64,000 nt of DNA from Anaeramoeba ignava BMAN (GCA_028826165.1 JAPDFW010000021.1:1-64000); one strand, 5' to 3'; counted from the stretch's first letter, positions 37,141-52,164 are shown. Program-made: numbers and translations. The notes: generated from the sequence alone by a model not told the origin.

Positions 37141-40100
37141 TTAATTCACTGAATTGTTTTTTTCAACTAAAGATATATTAAAATCATTATCGAAAATTTT
37201 CAAATCTTTATCTTTATTATCATTATCAGAAGATAATTCATCAAATCCTAATTCACTACTTTTGGAATCTGAATTTTTTTCTTTTTTAATTTCTTCTTTT
37301 TTAGGTTTTTGCATTCTTTCTTCTTTTGGAACCATCATCCAAATTTCTTCTTCTTTTTTTTTAAGTGCTTTTTTCTTTCTGTTTTCATTTTGAATAGCAG
37401 TTTCTCTTTTTTCTCTTAAACTTTTGTTTGTTGCTAATGTTAATAATAAAATAAATCTTCTTCTAAGTTTTTCTCTTCTACTTTCTTCTCCAGTAACAGG
37501 ATGATGATCAAAATATGAAAGAGTCATTGATATTTCTTCATTTGTTGCATCAAATGTGTTTTTATGAATTTTTTGTATTTCTTTTCTTAAATGAATTAGA
37601 TAATTCATCATATAATTCATAAATACTCGAAGAATTGGATTGTTTGTTTGATGATCAATTTTCATCATTGCTGAATAAGAACTATCCATTGATCCTTCTA
37701 AATCAAGTCGGAATAATGAATAATAAACAGAAACACCTGATGCTCCAATTAATCTTTTAGCTGCATCTGTTGCTGATGAAAATATTGAAATAAAGAATTT
37801 GATAAAATCATAAATAGAAAAAACAGTTCGATTTATGATTGTATTATCATCAATAAAAAAATTTTTAACAAGTTTTTGAACCAAATAAATGATCACAAAT
37901 TGATAGAAAATAACAACAAGTATGATAATGAAAATAACGAGAAGAAATTGAAGTAAAATTGTTTTGTTTAAGAAATAAAGCATTAACCAAATAACTGCTG
38001 GAATTATCAAAAGAACAAGGAATGTTAAAAACCAAACAAGAACATATGCAATAAGTCCAAGCCAAATTTGAAGATTTGTGAATGATGTTACTTTAGATAC
38101 ATCAGTTTCTTCATATTCGTCAAATGGTGTTTTTCCTTGTCTTAAAATCATTATTCTTTTTCGATATAATTTGAAAATAGATCTCCATTGAACACACATA
38201 ATGATAAATGCAAGAAATGATGCAATTCCCATTATTACAGAAAATACATTACAAACTTTACTAATTGTATTTGGTGGAATTTGTTGAATAAACTCAGCCC
38301 ATATACTTCCTAAAGCAGAAATATCTTCATTACATTGTTTATCAATACTATTGATAAGTAAAGCTGCACCAATAGATAAAGATGTTGATGGATAATCAGA
38401 TAATACAGGTTTATTATCAAAGCAATAACTTTGTTGAATTTTTCCAATTTCTTCTTGTCTATACCATAAAAGTGAAATTCTGAGACTTCTAACCAATTGT
38501 GTAATTAATAAAACAAGAATAGCAGACATAATAACCCAAAGCCAAAATGCAGTAAGTAATCTTTGTGGATAATAAAAATCATAATAAGTTTCATATTGTT
38601 CATGTGGATTATCTTCTTTCGCAAATTTTTCTTTGATTTTTTTAATAATTTTCTTTAATAAATTAACAAATCCTCTCCAACATCTTTTAAATTTATCTGT
38701 TTTCTTTTTTGGTTTTTTTTCTATTGGGATTGTTTTCCCTGCTGCTTTTGCATCAGATAATCTTTTAAGTTCAAGATTTTTTACAGATCTTCTTAAAATT
38801 AATCCAATTTCTTTTTCACTAAGTTCTTCATAATTCTTTTCTTTAACTGATTTAGAAGTAATTTTTTGATTACTTTTTGAAGAATCTGAATAATTACCTA
38901 AAAGAGGATCATCTTCTTGTGCTTCAAGTTCAAATTCTTCAATATATCCAACATTATCTTTTGGTTTTTCATCACTATCATCATTATCAGTAGTGGAATC
39001 TGAATCAGAAATTTCATCTTCAATAAGTTTTCTTTCCATTTCAAGAATTTTAAGATGTCTTTTTGCTCCAAGTGGTAATAAACGTTTAAATAAAAGCATA
39101 TAACTTGATACTCTATCATTTATAAAACTTCGATTTTCAATATAAAATTTCAATTTTTTGAAAATTTTTGAAACTACTAATAACAAGAATGAAAAGAAGT
39201 GCAAAACTAACAAGAACTCCTTCTAAAACTGCAAGAAAAGAATATTGCATTGGATATGTCGAATCAGTTTTAGGTATTAATTGTGGAAGAAATGCAATAA
39301 GAACTGCTGCAAGAATAAGTGCAACAATATAAGTGAGAATATGATGATTTCTTGATGAATTAAGAATAAATGGAATTGCTAATGTAAAACAAATAACCCA
39401 AAATATTCCTGATTGGTTAAGAGAATTCTCTGCTGCTTCAAAATCAACATTATCAATAGCATCAATAAGAAAATTTTCATATTTTGATTGAATTCCATAA
39501 GCAGAAAATGCTATTGAAGCTTTAACTTTACCTTTCTTATCCAAACAAGAAGAATCACCAGAAGAAGCATCAAATTGTACTGTAATATCACATTCTCCAT
39601 TTTCATTAGTGAAAGGAATTGAATTTACAATTGAAACATCACTACAATTATAAAGAATTTTAATTGGAACTCTTTTTGATTCTTGACTTCCATCAAAATT
39701 AACTTGGATATGAACTGGAAATGGATTTCCAATTCCAATATTAAATTTCTTTTTGGGATAACTTGTAGAAACAGATGTAACTGGATTACTAACATAAAAT
39801 GGATCTGTTTGTGTAATAAGACTATTATAAGAAAATTCAATAGTATAATTTCCAGATGATCCTGAATCCATTACAAAATCGAAAATAGCAATTCCATTAT
39901 TATCTGTTGATGCAACAGATGAATATTCTTCAAGACTTCCATCTCCATTATTTGAATTGATCATAGCGAAGATGGGGCTATTGGGGATTGGTGTTGATTG
40001 GAAATAAAGACCAACAACAGCTGATCCAAGATACGAATCATTTTCAAAAAAATAGGGTTTCTGAGGAAGTGGAAATGGAACTCCAATCTTTGCTCCTATT

Positions 40101-43100
40101 TTAAGTGGATTTGTTAATACTGTTAATAATGTTGGTTCGTTTGTTACTTGGAAATTTATTATTGAAGAAAATGAATTATCGCAAAAGAAAAAAACATTTG
40201 ATGTTTCAGTTAATGTAAAATTATAAAAAATAGCTGTTCCATTTTGATCAGTTATTGCATAACCTATTGTTTCTTCAGTGATACTTTCTGCAAATACGAA
40301 TTTGTTTGCTTGAGGAACATTTGAACTATCTGTAACATTAACTTTGGGTGGAACTGTTGGTGTTTGATTGTAGTAAAGTAATGGTGAAAAACCAAAAGTT
40401 TTGATTTGATATTGATCAATTTCGAATGAAATATTAAAGTTTTTCTTTGAAGATTCATCACAAGAATTATTCATTCCAAATATACAAAAAGTAATATTGC
40501 ATGAAGTATCACTTGCATAAATAAAATTCAATGGAAGTGTTGTATATCCTGTTGAATTTGTTGGTGTTTTGCTTTGGATAAGACCAACTTGATTTTGATC
40601 TTCATAATCGAAAAGTAATGTGCAATTTCCATCTTCAGATTGTGCATATATATAATATCCTTTTGCTGATGATCCATCTGAAAAATTTGCTTGTACTAAT
40701 GCTTGAGGAATAGATTTATTGTTTCCTGATTTTACTATTCCTGGATTCCAATCAATAGTTAAAATGAAATCTGTAACTGGTGGAATAACTTGTATTGATA
40801 TTTCTGAAGATGGAAATCCATTGATGAATATTGCCATATTATATGTTCCACAATAATTAATTTGAAATCCTTCTAAATGAACTAAATCTATATTAATATT
40901 TTTTTTTAATAATAAAAATAATTTAAATATATTGATTTTGATTTTGATTTTGATTTTGATTTTGATTTTACTATTAGGCTTATCAACTGGAACTTGAAGT
41001 TCATAAAGTATTGTGTTTGTATTATTATTATTATAAACATGATTTATATCCATTGTTCCATTAAAAACATTTTGATAATCAAATGATTCTGGGAAATAAG
41101 ATTGTAATAAAATATGGATAGTTACATTATTATTTAAACTTTGATTTTCATATAATTCATATTTAATCGTTAAAGTAGAATTGTTCCATGATTTTCCTTT
41201 ATAAACAACATTACTATACTCAATAACACTTGCTGTTTTAATTGGATTGTTTAAATCCATTAAATAACATCCTTCACATGTATCAAAATCTCCTGGTTTA
41301 AGTCCATTTTTTTTAGCTTGTAAACAAAACATTGTTGTCATTTGAATTCCAAATATTGGAATTGAAATATTTCCAGTTTCTGAAAGAACTAGTATTAATA
41401 ATTGAATCATTCAAAAAAACATATCCCATTGGTAATTCTCCTTCATCAATATAAGCAGTAAGAGTAAAAGTATCTGATGGATTAGAACTTAAGTTTCCAT
41501 AAAATTCCAATATTTCAAAACTTATATTCAAAATATCTCCTGAATTTACACTTATATTCCAAATTGACATATTAATAGCAGAACAATATTCAGGTGCTTC
41601 TGTAAAGTTTAAGGTTAATGTAACATTTATTTCTGAAGTTGTATCATCAACTTTTATAATCAATTTGTAAGAGTTATTATTATGTAATGATACCATCCGA
41701 GCATATTCAATATCAAATATTCCAAATCCATTTATATCTGTTTGAACTTCTTGTTGATCCAAAAGTACATCTGGTATATAGAATTCAATATATTTTCCTG
41801 GAATTCCTGTTCCATTTTCATTAAGAACTTGTATTATAGGTCTTGGATTTGCTTCAAGAATATATGTATTAGAAATTGTAATATTTGTTGTATTCTGAAA
41901 TTTGTAAATGCTTTTTACAGAAGAATTTACGTATATATTATCTGTTATAATATATATTCCATCTGAAATGAATTTAATTTGGAAAGCACATTGAGATGTA
42001 GTGTTTCCATCAACAGAAAATTTTAAATCTGAAAAATTTGCACTAAAATCAAAAATATTTAAAAAATTTAATTTATATTGAATCAAAAATTAAAATTAAA
42101 ATTAAAATTTAAATTTAAATTTACAATCCTGAAGAATTTGTAATTGCTATTGTATTTAAAAGACTTTTAGAATTGAATAATGGTTTTTGATATTCTGATA
42201 TATTATAATCACAATTCATTGCTATTTTTGCAAATACTGGTTTTTCTGCTATTCCTTTTCCTCCACTATCTTCTATTTTGATAATAAATGGATCAGTAAA
42301 GTTTTTTCCTTCCTCAACATAATATTTCTCTCCATTTTTAATTTGTGGATTTGTAATTGTTATTGAAGAAACTAAAATATTTTTTTTTCATTTTTAATTT
42401 TTGGTTTTAATTTTAATTTTAATTTTGATTTTGATTTTGATTTTGATTTTAATTTTAATTTTGATTTTAATTTTAATTTTAATTTTAATTTTAATTTTAA
42501 TTTTGATTTTGATTTTGATTTTGATTTTGATTTTAATTTTAATTTTGATTTTAAAATTTACCAGTTGTATTAAATTTCAAATTAAAAGGTGCATCAATTT
42601 CTACTCCTTCACAAAATGCTGTGAAAAGTATATCTCTTGATGTTGATCCTGAAACATTAAAGTAAACAGTTGTGATATTATTATTATAAGGATCAATTTG
42701 GTCAGGATTTTGAGTATTAAAATAAGCTATTAATTAAAATTAATTTACATTATTTTAAATGAATATTTATTTATCAAGAATTATTAATATAAATATTATT
42801 ATTACCAAAAGCTTCATATTCTGGATATGACCAATTTCTAACAACTGATGGAATAATTTTAACATCTCTTGGATCTGAACTCGAAGAATTAGCAACAAAT
42901 GTAATATTATTTAGTGTAAAATAATCCAATATAGAATCAACTTCAGATTGATTATAAAGACTTAATGAATCAACTAAAATACAAATTAAAAATATTTTTA
43001 TCAATTTTTAATTTTAATTTTAATTTTAATTTTTAATTTTAATTTTAATTTTAATTTTAATTTTAATTTTAATTTTAATTTTAATTTTGATTTTAATTTT

Positions 43101-44327
43101 GATTTTAATTTTAATTTTAATTTTAATTTTAATTTTAATTTTAATTTTAATTTTGATTTTAATTTTGATTTTAATTTTAATTTTGATTTTTAAATTTAAT
43201 TTTGATTTTAATTTTGATTTTAATTTTAATTTTGATTTTAATTTTGAATGAAAATACCATCAGTATCAACAAAAAGTGGATAAGAAGTATTTGCAGTTTT
43301 GCTTTTGGGTGGTTTAACTAGGTATTTCGGTAAAAAAATCAATTCTATTACATCATAAATGAATCCAAATCAATAATAAATTAAAATAAATAATCATTTG
43401 ATTAATTAAATAATTAAATAATTGATTAAATAATTGATTAAATAAATAAATAAATAATTAAATAATTGATTAATTAAATATTTGATTAATTAAATACCAG
43501 GTCCACTTCGAGTTAATTCACTTCCATATTCACAAACAACAGAAAAAATGAGACTAATTGTATCAGAAGGTCCATAAATAACTTGAATATTATCAAAAGT
43601 AGCAATTCCATCATTATCAGATGTTGCAGTTAAATTTCCATAAAGTTGGATTTGTGATTGTACTGAACTAATTTCTCCAAGTAATGTTAAATCAGTTTTT
43701 CCAAGTTTTAAATCTTCAAATGATGATGCTGATGCTGTTATTGTGCAATTAGCCATTCCATCTGATTTGAATTTTTTGGATACTCTTAACTATTTTATTT
43801 TTTAAAATTTTTATTTTTGGATTATTTTTCATTTTAAATTATTTTGATTGGAAATTTTACTTGTGAAGTAAAGGGTTCATAAAAGGAAACTTCATTATAA
43901 TCTGGGAAATTATAAAAGTCCAAACTAAAAGAAATAATTTTAATTTTAATTTTAAATTTAATTTTAAATTTGATTTTGATTTTAATTTTGATTTTAATTT
44001 TAATTTTGATTTTTAATTTTAAATGTGGGCATTGTTTAAAGAATAAATTAAGGTTGAAATATCCAAAAAAAAGTGGAAAAAAAAAAAATATTCCAAAAAA
44101 AAATAAAATTAAAAAAAAACAAACTTAATATCAATATCTTGTTCATTAATATTAACTCCTTTAAGTAAATATCTAACAGCCATTCCAAAAAAAAACAAAA
44201 TAAAAGTAGCTAAAGCAATAATAGTAAAAAATCTCCAAGTAACATCATCTCCAACAAAATCTAATAAACGAGGATTTCCAATCCAATTTGAGCATCGTTT
44301 TGAACAACTTGAACATCTTTTTTTCAT
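37141..44327 (-). CDS. STRA6-like/Ig-ectodomain protein, paralogue B (1-nt insertions near 41390 and 39178)
   Basis: ATG 44327 MKKRCSSCSKRCSNWIGNPRLLDFVGDDVTWR, homologous to A exon 1. Same intron positions as A; near-identical to paralogue C over most of its length. Confidence 0.75.
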
Positions 44328-44553
44328 TTTAATAAATGAAATTTCTTTTAAGTAAAAAAAAAATGAATTCCTTTTTGTTTTTAATTGTTTTTGTTTTTTC
44401 AATTCTTTTTTTCTCCTTTTTATGATCGATTAAAAAAAAGAAGAAAAGATGACAAAGAAAATCAAAAGAAAAAAAAGTGTAAAATAGTTTTGGAATTTGT
44501 ATTTTCTTTGTTTAATTTTGTATTTTCTTTGTTTGAATTTGTATTTTCTTTGT

Positions 44554-47500
44554 TTAATTTACTGAATTGTTTTTTTCAACTAAAGGTGTTTTAAGATCAT
44601 TTTTGAAAATTTTTAAATCTTTATCTTTATTATCATTATCAGAAGATAATTCATCAAATCCTAATTCACTACTTTTGGAATCTGAATTTTTTTCTTTTTT
44701 AATTTCTTCTTTTTTAGGTTTTTGCATTCTTTCTTCTTTTGAAATCATCATCCAAATTTTTTCTTCTTTTTTTTTAAGTGCTTTTTTCTTTCGTTTTGTT
44801 TTTCTAATAATAATTCCTCTTTTTCTTAAACTTTTGTTTGTTGCTAATGTTAATAATAAAATAAATCTTCTTCTAAGTTTTTCTTTTCTACTTTCTTCTC
44901 CAGTAACAGGATGATGATCAAAATATGAAAGAGTCATTGATATTTCTTCATTTGTTATATCAAATGTGTTTTTATGAATTTTTTGTATTTCTTTTCTTAA
45001 ATGAATTAGATAATTCATCATATAATTCATAAATACTCGAAGAATTGGATTGTTTGTTTGATGATCAATTTTCATCATTGCTGAATAAGAACTATCCATT
45101 GATCCTTCTAAATCAAGTCGGAATAATGAATAGGAAACAGAAACACCTGATGCTCCAATTAATCTTTTAGCTGCATCTGTTGCTGATGAAAATATTGAAA
45201 TAAAGAATTTGATAAAATCATAAATAGAAAAAACAGTTCGATTCATAATTGTGTTATCATCAATAAAATAAGTTTTAACAAGTTTTTGAACCAAATAAAT
45301 GATCACAAATTGATAGAAAATAACAACAAGTATGATAATGAAAATAACGAGAAGAATACGAAGTAAAATTGCTTTGGTTAAGAAATAAAGCATTAACCAA
45401 ATAACTGCTGGAATTACCAAAAGAACAAAGAATGTTACAAGCCAAGCAAGAACATATGCAATAAGTCCAAGCCAAATTTGAAGATTTGTAAATGATGTTA
45501 CTTCAGATACATCAGTTTCTTCATATTCTTCAAATGGTGTTTTTCCTTGTCTTAAAATCATTATTCTTTTTCGATATAATTTGAAAATAGATCTCCATTG
45601 AACACACATAATAATAAATGCAAGAAATGATGCAATTCCCATTATTACAGAAAATGCATTACAAACTTTACTAATCATATCTGGTGGAATTTTCTTAATA
45701 AACTCAGCCCATATATTCCCCAAAGCAGAAATATCTTCATTACATTGTTTATCAATACTTTTGATAAGTAAAGCTGCACCAGCAGATAAAGATGTTGGTG
45801 GATAATCAGATAATACAGGTTTATTATCAAAACAATTACTTTGTTGAATTTTTCCAATTTCTTCTTGTCTATACCATAATATAGAAAGTGTAATACTTCT
45901 GAATAATTGTGTAATTAATAAAACAAGAATAGCAGACATAATAACCCAAAGCCAAAATGCAGTAAGTAATCTTTGTGGATAATAAAAATCATAATAAGTT
46001 TCATATTGTTCATGTGGATTATCTTCTTTCGCAAATTTTTCTTTGATTTTTTTAATAATTTTCTTTAATAAATTAACAAATCCTCTCCAACATCTTTTAA
46101 ATTTATCTGTTTTCTTTTTTGGTTTTTTTTCTATTGGGATTGTTTTCCCTGCTGCTTTTGCATCAGATAATCTTTTAAGTTCAAGATTTTTTACAGATCT
46201 TCTTAAAATTAATCCAATTTCTCTTTCAGTAAGTTCTTCATAACTTTTTTCTTTAACTGATTTAGAAGTAATTTTTTGATTACTTTTTGAAGAATCTGAA
46301 TCGTTATCTAAAAGAGGATCATCTCCTTGTGCTTCAAGTTCAAATTCTTCAATATATCCAACATTATCTTTTGGTTTTTCATCACTATCATCATTATCAG
46401 TAGTGGAATCTGAATCAGAAATTTCATCTTCAATAAGTTTTCTTTCCATTTCAAGAATTTTAAGATGTCTTTTTGCTCCAAGTGGTAATAAACGTTTGAA
46501 TAAAAGCATATAACTTGATACTCTATCATTTATAAAACTTCGATTTTCAATATAAAATTTCAATTTTTTGAAAATTTTTGAAACTACAATAACAAGAATG
46601 AAAAGAAGTGCAAAACTAACAAGAACTCCTTCTAAAACTGCAAGAAAAACATATTGCATTGGATATGTTGAATCAGTTTTGGGTATTAATTGTGGAAGAA
46701 ATGCAATAAGAACTGCTGCAAGAATAAGTGCAACAATATAAGTGAGAATATGATGATTTCTTGATGAATTAAGAATAAATGGAATTGCTAATGTAAAACA
46801 AATAACCCAAAATATTCCTGATTGGTTAAGAGAATCTTTTGCTGCTTCTAAATCAACATTATCAATAGCATCAATAAGAAAATTTTCATATTTTGATTGA
46901 ATTCCATAAGCAGAAAATGCTATTGAAGCTTTAACTTTATCTTTCTCATCCAAACAAGAAGAATCACCAGAAGAAGCATCAAATTGTACTGTAATATCAC
47001 ATTCTCCATTTTCATTAGTGAAAGGAATTGAATTTACAATTGAAGCATCACTACATTGTGAAAGAATTTGAATTGGAACTCTTTTTGATTTTTGACTTCC
47101 ATCAAAATTAACTTGGATATGAACTGGAAACTGTCTTCCAATTCCAATATTAAATTTCTTTTTGGGATAATTTGTAGAAACAGATGTAACTGGATTACTA
47201 ACATAAAATGGATCTGTTTCACTACGAAGATCGTTATAAGAAAATTCAATAGTATAATTTCCAGATGATCCTGAATCCATTATAAAATCGAAAACAGCAA
47301 TTCCATTATTATCTGTTAATGCAACAGATGAATATTCTTCAAGACTTCCATCTCCATTATTTGAATTGATCATAGCGAAGATGGGTCTTTTGGGGATTGG
47401 TGTTGATTGGAAATAAAGACCAACAACAGCTGATCCAAGATACGGATCTTTTTGGAAAAAACAGGGTACATGAGGAAGTGGAAATGGAATTCCAATCTTT

Positions 47501-50500
47501 GCTCCTGTTTCAAGTGGATTTGTTAATACTGTTAATAATGTTGGTTCACGTGTTACTTGGAAATTTATTATTGAAGAATATGATTTATCGCAAACAAAAA
47601 GAACATCTGTTTCTTCAGTTAATCTAAAATTATTAAAAATAGCTGTTCCATTTTGATCAGTTATTGCATAATCTATCAAAACTTTATAAATAGACATTGC
47701 AAACACGGATTTGTTTCCTTGAGGAACATTTGAACTATCTGTAACAGAAACTTTGGGTGGAATTGGTGGTGTTTGGTTGTAGTAAAGTAAGTGATCAATA
47801 TCAAAACTTTCGATTTGATATTGATCAATTTCGAATGAAATATTAAAGTTTTTCTTTGAAGATTCATCACAAGAATTATTCATTCCAAATATACAAAAAG
47901 TAATATTGCATGAAGTATTATTTGCAAACAGAAAATTCAATGGAAGTGGTGTATATCCTGTTGAATTTAGTGGTGTTTTGCTTTGGATAAGACCAACTTG
48001 TTCCAGATCGTCATAATCGAAAAGTAATGTGCAATCATCATCTTCAGATTGTGCATATATATAATATCCTTTTGCTAATGATCCATCTGAAAAATTTGCT
48101 TGTACTAATGCTGAAGGAATAGATTTATTGTATCCTGATTTTACTATTCCTGGATTCCAATCAATAGTTAAAATGAAATCTGTAACTGGTGGAATAACTT
48201 GTATTGATATTTCTGAAGATGGAAATCCATTGATGAATATTGCCATATTATATGTTCCACAATAATTAATTTGAAATCCTTCTAAATGAACTAAATCTAT
48301 ATTAATATTTTTTTTTAATAATAAAAATAATTTAAATATTTTGATTTTGATTTTGATTTTGATTTTGATTTTGATTTTGATTTTACTACTATTATTATCA
48401 ACTGGAACTTGAAATTCATAAAGTATTGTGCTTGTATTATAAACAATATTTATATCCATTGTTCCATTAAAAACATTTTGATAATCAAATGATTCTGGGA
48501 AATAAGATTGTAATAAAATATGGATAGTTACAGTATTATTTAAACTTTGATTTTCATATAATTCATATTCAATCGTTAAAGTAGAATTGTTCCATGATTC
48601 TCCTTTATGAATAGTTTTATTATACTCAATAACACTTGCTGTTTTAATTGGATTGTTTAAATCCATTAAATAACATCCTTCACATGTATCAAAATCTCCT
48701 GGTTTAAGTCCATTTTTTTTAGCTTGTAAACAAAACATTGTTGTCATTTGAATTCCAAATATTGGAATTGAAATATTTCCAGTTTCTGGAAAATTATTAT
48801 TAATAATTGAATCATTCAAAATAACATATCCCATTGGTAATTCTCCTTCATCAATATAAGCAGTAAGAGTAAAAGTATCTGATGAATTAGAACTTAAGTT
48901 TCCATAAAATTCCAATATTTCAAAACTTATATTCAAAATATCTCCTGAATTTACACTTATATTCCAATTTGTAATATTAATAGCAGAACAATATTCAGGT
49001 GCTTCTGTAAAGTTTAAAATTAATGTAACATTAGGCATTGTTATATTTTGATCATCAACTTTTATAATCAAATCATAAGTTCCATTTAATGATGACATCC
49101 AAGCATATTCAATATCAAATATTCCAAATCCATTTATATCTGTTTGAACTGCTTGTTGATCCCAAAATACTTCTCCAAAATGAAATTCAATATATTTTCC
49201 TGGAATTCCTGTTCCATTTTCATTAAGAACTTGTATTAGAGGTCTTGGATTTGCTTCAAGAATATATGTATTAGAAATTGTAATATTTTTTACAATATCA
49301 ACTGGAATAATTTGTTTTACACTTGAATTTACGTATATATTATCTGTTATAATATATATTCCATCTGAAGTAAATTCAATTTGGAAAGCACATTGAGAAT
49401 TAGTTTTTCCATCAACAGAAAATTTTAAATCAGAAAAATTTGCACTAAAATCAAAAATATTTAAAAAATTTAATTTATATTGAATCAAAAATTAAAATTA
49501 AAATTAAAATTAAAATTAAAATTTAAAATTTAAATTTACAATCCTGAAGAATTTGTAATTGCTATTGTATTTAAAAGACTTTTAGAATTGAATAATGGTT
49601 TTTGGTATTCTGATATATTATAATCACAATTCATTGCTATTTTTGCAAATACTGGTTTTTCTGCTATTCCTTTTCCTCCACTATCTTCTATTTTGATAAT
49701 AAATGGATCAGTAAAATTTTTTCCTTCTTCAACATAATATTTCTCTCCATTTTTAATTTGTGGATTTGTAATTGTTATTGAAGAAACTAAAATATTTTTT
49801 TTCATTTTTAATTTTGATTTTAATTTTAATTTTAATTTTAATTTTAATTTTGATTTTAAAATTTACCAGTTGTATTAAATTTCAAATTAAAAGGTGCATC
49901 AATTTCTACTCCTTCACAAAATGCTGTGAAAAGTATATCTCTTGTTGTTGATCCTGAAACATTAAAGTAAATAGTCGTAAAATTATCATCATCCACATTG
50001 AGAATAGGGTATTGAGTATTAAAATAAGCTATTAATTAAAATTAATTTACATTATTTTAAATGAATATTTATTTATCAAGAATTATTAATATAAATATTA
50101 TTATTACCAAAAGCTTCATATTCTGGATATGACCAATTTCTAACAACTGATGGAATAATTTTAACATCTCTTAAATCTGGATTCGAAGAATTAACAACAA
50201 ATGTAATATTATTTAGTGTAAAATAATCCAATATAGAATCAACTTCAGATTGATTATAAAGACTTAATAATTCAACTAAAATACAAATTAAAAATATTTT
50301 TATCAATTTTTAATTTTAATTTTAATTTTAATTTTGATTTTTAATTTTAATTTTAATTTTGATTTTAATTTTGAATGAAAATACCATCAGTATCAACAAA
50401 AAGTGGATAAGAAGTAATTGCAGTTTTGTTATCGAGTGGAGTAATTAATGATTTAGCTAAAAATAAATTAAATAAAATAAAATAATTGATTAAATAAATA

Positions 50501-51027
50501 ATTGATTAAATAAATAATTGATTAAATAAATAATTGATTAAATAATTGATTAATTAATTAAATATTTGATTAATTAAATATTTGATTAATTAAATACCAG
50601 GTCCAGTTGGGCTTAATTCACTTTCAGATTCACAAACAACAGAAAAAATAAGTCTAATTGTATCAGAAGGTCCATAAATAACTTGAATATTATCAAAAGT
50701 AGCAATTCCATCATTATCAGATGTTGCAGTTAAATTTCCATAAAGTTGGATTTGTGATTGTACTGAACTAATTTCTTCAAGTAATGTTAAATCAGTTTTT
50801 CCAAGCATTTTTACATCTTCAAATGATGCTCCTGATGCTGTTATTGTGCAGTTATCCATTCCATCTGATTTGAATTTTTTGGATACTCTTAACTATTTTA
50901 TTATTTTAAAATTTTATTTTTGGATTATTTTTCATTTTAAATTATTTTGATTGGAAATTTTACTTCTGAAGTAAAGGGTTGATAAAAGGAAACATTATTC
51001 GATTTTGGGAAATTATAAAAGTCCAAT
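44554..51027 (-). CDS. STRA6-like/Ig-ectodomain protein, paralogue C (exon 2 onward intact; exon 1 only as fragments at ~51940-52095)
   Basis: 1644-aa ORF including a small in-frame intron, plus upstream exons matching B one for one. Confidence 0.75.
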
Positions 51028-51339
51028 CTAAAAGAAATGATTTTAAATTTTAATTTTAAATTTGATTTTAATTTTGATTTATTTTAAATTTGATTTTAAT
51101 TTTGATTTTAAATTTTAATTTAATTTTGATTTTAATTTTAATTTTAAATTTTAATTTTAATTTGAATTTTAAATTTGATCTTAAATTTGGAATTTGAATT
51201 AAGTTTTAAATTAAAAATTGAATTAAAAATAGGGAAAATTTCATTTATAACATGAATTTAGAATAAAAAAGAATAAATTAAAATTGAAATATTCAAATAA
51301 AAAAATTTTTTTTTTTTAAATTAAGAATAAATAAGTAAA

Positions 51340-52100
51340 AAATAAAAAATTAAAAACAAATGTTAAATCAGTTTTTTTGTTCATTTTTATCAGCTCTTCA
51401 AATGATGATCTAACAGCCATTCCAAAAACAGTTATCCATTCCATCTGATTTGAATTTTGGATATTTAACTATTTTATTTTTAAAATTTTATTTTTGGGAT
51501 TATTTTTCATTTTAAATTATTTTTTTGAAAATTGAACATCTTTTAAATTTTGATAAACAAAATTCATTATTCGATTTTGAAATTAAAAAGTCCAATCTAA
51601 AAAAAGAAAAATTTTTAATTTTTGTTTTTGATTTTGAATTTTTTGAAATTTGATTTTAATTTTAATTTTGATTTTAAATTTAATTTTAATTTTAAATTTG
51701 AAGAAAATTTTGATTTTGATTTTAAAAAGAAAGAAAATTTTAAAGAAAATTTGAATTTGACTTTTTAAAATAAATTTTGGATTTTTAAATTAATTTTAAA
51801 TTAAAAATTGAATTAAAAATAAAAATTTCATTTATAACATGAATTTAGAATAAAAAGAATAAATTAAAATTGAAATATTTAAAATAAATTTTTTTAATTT
51901 TAAGAATAAACTTTTTAAAAATAAAAATTAAAAACAAACCAATATCAAATTATTCAAGTAAATATCTAACAGCCATTCCAAAAACATAATAAATAATAAA
52001 TATAAATAAATTAAAAATTAATTAACATCATCTCCAACAAAATTTTTTGAAATAAATTTAAATTCTTTTTGAAAATTGAACATCTTTTTTATTTTAATAA
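51340..52100 (-). pseudogene. Scrambled fragments of exons 1-3 of the STRA6-like family
   Basis: Pieces such as TCTAACAGCCATTCCAAAA, AACATCATCTCCAACAAAA and GTTATCCATTCCATCTGATTTGAATTTT are interleaved with no open frame. Confidence 0.5.
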
Positions 52101-52164
52101 ACAAAATTTTTAAATAATAAATTTTAATAAAAAATGAAAAAAATTAAAAAATTAAAAAATTTTT

